The notes beneath the pieces were generated by a model that was not told where the DNA came from, ran no database searches, and was given only the letters and a program-made list of their open reading frames with translations. Source: Candidatus Woesearchaeota archaeon (GTDB lineage: Archaea; Nanobdellota; Nanobdellia; Woesearchaeales; JACPIF01). From it: a DNA stretch of 64,000 nucleotides. The stretch is taken from the NCBI GenBank assembly GCA_016188215.1, contig JACPIF010000001.1, forward strand, positions 5,923 through 69,922, written 5' to 3'. The position numbers and the translations under genes are program-made. Position 1 is the first letter of the stretch; the number at the start of each line of letters is the position of its first letter. This document shows, in pieces, positions 58,901 through 64,000 of the stretch.

Positions 58901-59118
58901 TCATGCAATTCCTTGAATCAGGCAGCGTTGACCTGGTGATCAACATACCTAAAAGCTCTGAGAAGATAGAGCTTGACAATGACTATATTATCAGGAGGAT
59001 GGCAATTGACCGTAATATACCATTGCTGACAAATGAGCAGATAACAAGGCAGTTCGCGCATGCACTTGCAACAGTCAAGCCGGAGCAGCTTGAGATCAAG
59101 AGCTGGCAGGAGTACTAG
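55924..59118 (+). CDS. carB: Carbamoyl-phosphate synthase large subunit
   Basis: 1064 aa with two ATP-grasp halves and an MGS-like domain. Confidence 0.9.
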   Translation: MAKNKQKPKINKPKKVLILGSGALKIGEAGEFDYSGSQCLKALKEEGIKTVLVNPNIATIQTSEGMADTVYFLPVTPYFVEKIIKKERPDAILLGFGGQTALNCGLELDAQGILKKYNVKVLGTSIKAIRLTEDRKLFSEFLKSIDVKTPKSRTATNIEQASQVAQKLGYPIMVRSGFALGGLGSGVARNQEGLKLLAAKALAYSKQILVEEYLHGWKEIEYEVVRDSKDNCITVCNMENFDPMGIHTGESIVVAPSQTLTNHEYHKLRQISIHVIRSLGIVGECNIQFAFDPHSEDYRVIEVNARLSRSSALASKATGYPLAFIAAKLALGYSLSELDNSITKKTKACFEPALDYVVLKIPRWDMQKFREVDTKIGSEMKSVGEVMAIGRKFEEVLQKALRMLSIGVEGLACNALQFDDLEHELENPTDRRIFAIAQAFKEGMPVDAIYALSRIDKWFLYKIKHIVDMEHNLKMYSLSKELLLKAKQLGFSDNQIALLKGKSELEIRQQRKQLGVMPFVRQIDTLGAEYPASTNYLYMTYNSGQHDALPLKQKAAIVLGSGAYRIGSSVEFDWCCVNAVLTLQQLGYKTIMINYNPETVSTDYDICDKLYFEELSLERVLDIYEYEQPSGVIVSMGGQIPNNIALKLHNQNVKIFGTSPVNIDRAEDRHKFSQLMDTLHIEQPAWKEVTTVEDAKRFAETVGYPLLVRPSYVLSGSAMSVVFEEKRLIEYIKKAADISREHPVVITKFIENAKEIEIDAVANKGALAAYAITEHIENAGVHSGDATLVLPAQRLYAETARKILDYSSKIAQSLQITGPFNMQFLAIDNDVKIIECNLRASRSFPFVSKVMKRNFIDIATKTMLGKPIPPFKNGKLSYVGVKAPQFSFTRLKGADPVLGVEMSSTGEVGCLGKDLNEAFLKAILAVGFRLPKKTVLLSTGPLKTKLHLLEACTHFKELGFTLLATEGTHKFLKEHRIPATRVYWPLDKKQPNVMQFLESGSVDLVINIPKSSEKIELDNDYIIRRMAIDRNIPLLTNEQITRQFAHALATVKPEQLEIKSWQEY

Positions 59119-60075
<957 letters not shown>

Positions 60076-60186
60076 ATTGATATGAAACAACAAAACCAAA
60101 AAAAAGCAAAGCTTTTTGGGTCCCGAAAACTCAGTTTTCGTGGAATTAAAAATTTTTGGGTTCCAAAAAAGCACGGAGGTGTTTTT

Positions 60187-60639
60187 TTGAAAGAGTATAA
60201 GATAAGCGCGATAAGCGAAGGGACAGTGATTGACCATATCACGCCGGAGGCAACGTTCAAGGTTATTGAGATCCTGAACCTGGACAAGAGGCCGGACCTC
60301 ATCATATCTGTCGGCAATAATATGAGCAGCAAGCAAATCGGGAAGAAAGGCATCATTAAGATAAGCGGCAGCTTCCTTGGGGCAGATGATGCAAATAAGA
60401 TAGCGCTCATTGCGCCAAATGCAACCCTCAACATCATCAAGAATTTCAAGGTCACTGAAAAAAAGCAGCTCAAGATACCTGAAAAGATTGAGGGTATCGT
60501 GAAATGTTTTAATCCGAACTGCATAACGAATGTTGAGCGCGTACCGACTAAGTTTACCGTCACCTCACGTGACCCATTAAAGTTGCTCTGTGCATATTGC
60601 GAGCGGCGCATGAAGCGGGAGGATATCATATTGCTATGA
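60187..60639 (+). CDS. pyrI: Aspartate carbamoyltransferase regulatory subunit (probable TTG start)
   Basis: LKEYKISAISEGTVIDHI matches the PyrI N-terminus. SD GGAGGTG lies 6 nt before an in-frame TTG at 60187. C-terminal zinc domain CxxC…CxxC. The track ORF starts at 60082 and is unlikely to be translated from there. Confidence 0.7.
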   Translation: MKEYKISAISEGTVIDHITPEATFKVIEILNLDKRPDLIISVGNNMSSKQIGKKGIIKISGSFLGADDANKIALIAPNATLNIIKNFKVTEKKQLKIPEKIEGIVKCFNPNCITNVERVPTKFTVTSRDPLKLLCAYCERRMKREDIILL

Positions 60640-61577
60640 GCAGTCACATATCAACGAAAGCAGCAATAGCAGGCATAACTATAGAGCCGTGCATCTTCAA
60701 TGCAGCCGGGCCGCTCTGCGTGACCAAAGAAGAATTAGAGGCTATAGGCAGCTCGCATTCAGGGGCAATCATGACAAAGTCATGCACGTTTGAGCCGCGG
60801 CCAGGAAATCCGGAGCCCAGGTATTACGAAGATGCGCTTGGATCCATCAATTCAATGGGGCTTCCAAACCTTGGCTACATGAAGTATGCAGAATTCTCTT
60901 CAGAGATGAAGAAGTACAGGAAACCATATATCGTGAGTGTTGCTGGGCTAAGCCTGCAGGATAATATTGAGATTGTCAAATATCTGGGGCAGTTCAAGGA
61001 TATAGATGCGATTGAGCTGAATCTGAGCTGTCCAAATGTGATAGGAAAGCCGCAGGTGGCTTATGACTTTGATGCTTCAGATGAGATGCTGCGGGAGGTG
61101 CTCAAGGTAAACAAACATGTCCTTGGCGTCAAACTATCGCCATACTTTGATTTTGCGCATTTCCAGCAGATGGCAGGTGTCCTAAAGAAGCATAAGCTCG
61201 CGTTTGTGAGCTGCGTGAATAGCCTGGGAGAAGGATTGTTCATTGATGCTGATGCCGAGCAGGTTGCCATCAAGCCAAAGGGAGGGTTTGGCGGAATCGG
61301 CGGTGATTATATCAAGCCGACTGCACTTGCAAATGTCAGGAAATTTTACGAGCTGCTTGACAGGAAAGTCCCGATTGTAGGCGTTGGAGGAATCAAGTCC
61401 GGCAGGGACGCATTTGAGTTTATCCTGGCAGGCGCAACAGCTGTGCAGATAGGCACTGAGTTCATGCGATCAGGCACAGCCTGCTTTGCAAGGGTTGATG
61501 CTGAATTAAAGGCCTTAATGAAGGAAAAGGGCTATAGCACACTTGATGATTTTAGAGGCAAGCTTAAAGTACTCTGA
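60637..61577 (+). CDS. pyrD: Dihydroorotate dehydrogenase (class 1, no pyrK partner in the window)
   Basis: MSSHISTKAAIAGITIEPCIFNAAGP…. TIM-barrel DHOD motifs. Start-stop overlap with pyrI. Confidence 0.8.
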
Positions 61578-61592
61578 TAATTATTTACTCTT

Positions 61593-62909
61593 ATGGCTAG
61601 TTCGCTTCTCATTAAACACTGCAGGATTCTTGACCGCGGGAAACTGAAAGAGAGCCATATTTTCATCAGGCAAGGGAAGATTAAGAGCATAGGAAAGGCT
61701 GAGAGAGCGCAGAAGACAATAGAGGCAGAAGGCAATATAGTAATTCCCGGGCTCATAGACTGCCATGTGCATTTCAGGCAGCCTGGAGGCGAGCAAAAAG
61801 AGGATTTCTACAGCGGCAGCCGGGCAGCTGCGAAAGGGGGCATTACAAGCATTTTTGACATGCCTAATACAAACCCTGCGACAACTACCCTAGCTGCATT
61901 AAAGCAGAAGCGGGAACTGGCAAAACGGCACTGCATCGTGAATTATGGACTGCATTTCGGCGCAACTCCTGATAATGCAGATATGGTTCGGAAAGCAGAT
62001 ACAAAATCTGTAAAGATATACATGGGCTCTTCTACGGGAAACCTTTTGGTGAATACCCCTGAGGCGCTCGCAAGGATATTCATGGCGGCTAAACAGTCAG
62101 GGAAAGTATGCATGGTGCATGCTGAGGATGAGGAATGCTTGCGAAACCTGAAGGAGATGTACAAGGAGCAGACTGCTAATCATGCTGAGGCAGAGCTTCA
62201 TACTAAAATAAGGGACAGCAGTTGTGCAGCAAAAGCTATAAAAGATGCTCTGCGGCTGCAGGCCAAAATCGGCAATAAACTTTACTTTTGCCATACCAGC
62301 ACCAAGGAGGAGATGGCACTATTGCGGAAGGCAAAGCAGCGCTCCACAAAGGTTTTCTGCGAGGTGACGCCGCATCACCTGTTCCTTGACGTCAGAGCTT
62401 ACCGGAAGTACGGGAATTTTGTGAAAGTGAATCCGCCGCTTAGGCATGCTGAGGACAGGGAAGCGCTATGGAAAGGCATTGCAGACGGGACTGTTGATAC
62501 CATATCTACAGACCACGCGCCGCACCTGCCTGAGGAGAAAGGGCAGGGCTACTGGGATGCCCCATCAGGAATGCCTGGTGTGGAGACCATGCTGCCGCTG
62601 CTGCTGGATGCTGTCAATAAAGGTAAGCTGAGCCTTACAAAGGTAGTGGAGCTCACTGCATGGAATCCTGCAAAGATATTCGGCATAGTGAATAAAGGAT
62701 ATATTAAAGTAGGATATGATGCGGATTTAGTGTTGGCTGACATGAATCTGAGCACAAGGCTGGAATCAATAGAAAGCAAATCAAAATGGAGCCCGTTCCA
62801 GGACATGATCCTGCAGGGATGGCCTGTCGTTACAATTATAAATGGTGATATAGCATATTACCGCGGGGCATTGTACAACACAAGAGGAAAGCCGGTAGCT
62901 TTTGCATGA
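61593..62909 (+). CDS. pyrC: Dihydroorotase
   Basis: DCHVHFRQPG metal-binding motif and an amidohydrolase fold. Confidence 0.85.
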   Translation: MASSLLIKHCRILDRGKLKESHIFIRQGKIKSIGKAERAQKTIEAEGNIVIPGLIDCHVHFRQPGGEQKEDFYSGSRAAAKGGITSIFDMPNTNPATTTLAALKQKRELAKRHCIVNYGLHFGATPDNADMVRKADTKSVKIYMGSSTGNLLVNTPEALARIFMAAKQSGKVCMVHAEDEECLRNLKEMYKEQTANHAEAELHTKIRDSSCAAKAIKDALRLQAKIGNKLYFCHTSTKEEMALLRKAKQRSTKVFCEVTPHHLFLDVRAYRKYGNFVKVNPPLRHAEDREALWKGIADGTVDTISTDHAPHLPEEKGQGYWDAPSGMPGVETMLPLLLDAVNKGKLSLTKVVELTAWNPAKIFGIVNKGYIKVGYDADLVLADMNLSTRLESIESKSKWSPFQDMILQGWPVVTIINGDIAYYRGALYNTRGKPVAFA

Positions 62910-63873
62910 CATGGCAGACAAAACCAGGATAATATTGAAGGAGATTGTGAAGCAGATATATGCAATGCGGAGATCATTGCAGCGCGAAAAAAAGGTTGAT
63001 ACGTGGTGGCAAAAGACCCTCACCTTAAAGCAATTTGTTGAAACTGAGGGATTGAAGCAGGCATATACAGCATCATTCTACAACCTGGTTAAGCAAAAGC
63101 CACGGATACGGCAGGATATTGTCGCCAAGCAGAAGTATATTACAGATAGCGAGTTCAGGCGGGGCAAGACTGTGTTTGAGCTGCTCACAGCGCAATGGAA
63201 TTTTGTGGAGCAGATGCTGGAACTTATTGAAGGCAATATTGCCCTGATAAAAGGACTGCAGCAGGCTGAGCATGGCAACATAAAAAGCCAAATGGTAATC
63301 CATTTACAGCAGATAGCGAGATTCCAGGAGTTGAGGAAGATGCTATATGGCAAGGAATATAAGTACTTGTCAAGGATTTTCAAGACAGAGAAGCGCATCA
63401 ATGTAGCTGAGATTGCCCTGAACAAAAAAGAGCTGCAGCGCGAAAAGCTTGAGATCATGGCGTTCATAAGGGCTGTTGACCTGCTCAAGAGGCTGCAGAT
63501 ACACCTGAACTATCAGTTTAAGTACATTGATGCGATTGAGAATTATTATATATCGGTGGAGGAGCATGCCACAAAATCCGAGATGCGTGAGATGGTAAGC
63601 GAGGAACGGGAGCTGGAGGAGGCTGAGGCAGGCCATAAGCTCAAGTCAATGCTGCCGGTAGTCATCAATATCACTTCACTTGTAAAATTGTTTGCGCACA
63701 ATTCCAGCGAGGAGATGCGGCATGTGCACACGCTTGAAGCCCTATTCAAAGGCCAGCGATCCAAGAATATCAAGCTGATAAGCCTTACAAAAAAAGAATT
63801 ATCGCTGGAGCAGCTGGAGAAATCATACGAAACTGCGCTGAAGCATGTGATCAGGGAGATCAGGCATGGATGA
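62902..63873 (+). CDS. Hypothetical all-helical protein inside the pyr operon
   Basis: 323 aa, coiled-coil rich, overlapping pyrC at its start and pyrE at its end. Not PyrF-like. Confidence 0.4.
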   Translation: MHDMADKTRIILKEIVKQIYAMRRSLQREKKVDTWWQKTLTLKQFVETEGLKQAYTASFYNLVKQKPRIRQDIVAKQKYITDSEFRRGKTVFELLTAQWNFVEQMLELIEGNIALIKGLQQAEHGNIKSQMVIHLQQIARFQELRKMLYGKEYKYLSRIFKTEKRINVAEIALNKKELQREKLEIMAFIRAVDLLKRLQIHLNYQFKYIDAIENYYISVEEHATKSEMREMVSEERELEEAEAGHKLKSMLPVVINITSLVKLFAHNSSEEMRHVHTLEALFKGQRSKNIKLISLTKKELSLEQLEKSYETALKHVIREIRHG

Positions 63874-64000
63874 TGCAGCCAGCATAAGCAAAATACTGCT
63901 GGAAATCAAGGCAGTTACCCTTAACCCGGGAAAACCGTACACCTTTGTATCTGGCATAAGGAGCCCTATCTATTGCGATAATAGGCTGATCCTCAGCTAT
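63866..64000 (+). CDS. pyrE: Orotate phosphoribosyltransferase, partial (runs off the window end)
   Basis: [40 protein letters not shown]. Confidence 0.7.
   Translation, partial: MDDAASISKILLEIKAVTLNPGKPYTFVSGIRSPIYCDNRLILSY

Noticed and set aside
56154-58979. Multiple 60-140-aa ORFs on the minus strand within carB
   Set aside because: Antisense shadows inside a well-supported 1064-aa gene.

Overview
The window reads as an archaeal chromosome segment. The evidence is the r-protein order L3-L4-L23-L2-S19-L22-S3-L29-(SUI1)-Rpp29 | S17-L14-L24-S4e-L5-S14-S8-L6-L32e-L19e-L18-S5-L30-L15-SecY-DUF106-L34e-L14e on the minus strand, eukaryote-type proteins (PCNA, Hef, a fused PriS-PriL primase, aRNase J, Pelota, SUI1) and intron-containing tRNAs. 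A small-genome DPANN-like lineage is plausible, since adk and cmk are missing from the SecY neighbourhood and the primase is fused. Housekeeping content also includes archaeal-type PheS/PheT, ADP-forming acetyl-CoA synthetase beta/alpha, a TrmB regulator, tRNA-guanine transglycosylase, PurF, and a nearly complete pyrimidine operon (carA-nudix-carB-pyrB-pyrI-pyrD-pyrC-unknown-pyrE, with no pyrF). Between the r-protein operon and Hef (about 25.4-38.7 kb) is an accessory stretch with several low-GC patches. It holds a three-gene AT-rich cassette (a Panacea/SocA-like protein, a PIN-like protein and a 375-aa unknown), a large glycosylated surface protein with a poly-Gly linker, and a LAGLIDADG-like protein. 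Two features stand out: a dispersed family of GC-rich modular hairpin repeats at operon boundaries with compensatory stem changes, and a Pelota gene interrupted by a 1-nt deletion in an A-run. No CRISPR array or rRNA gene was seen.
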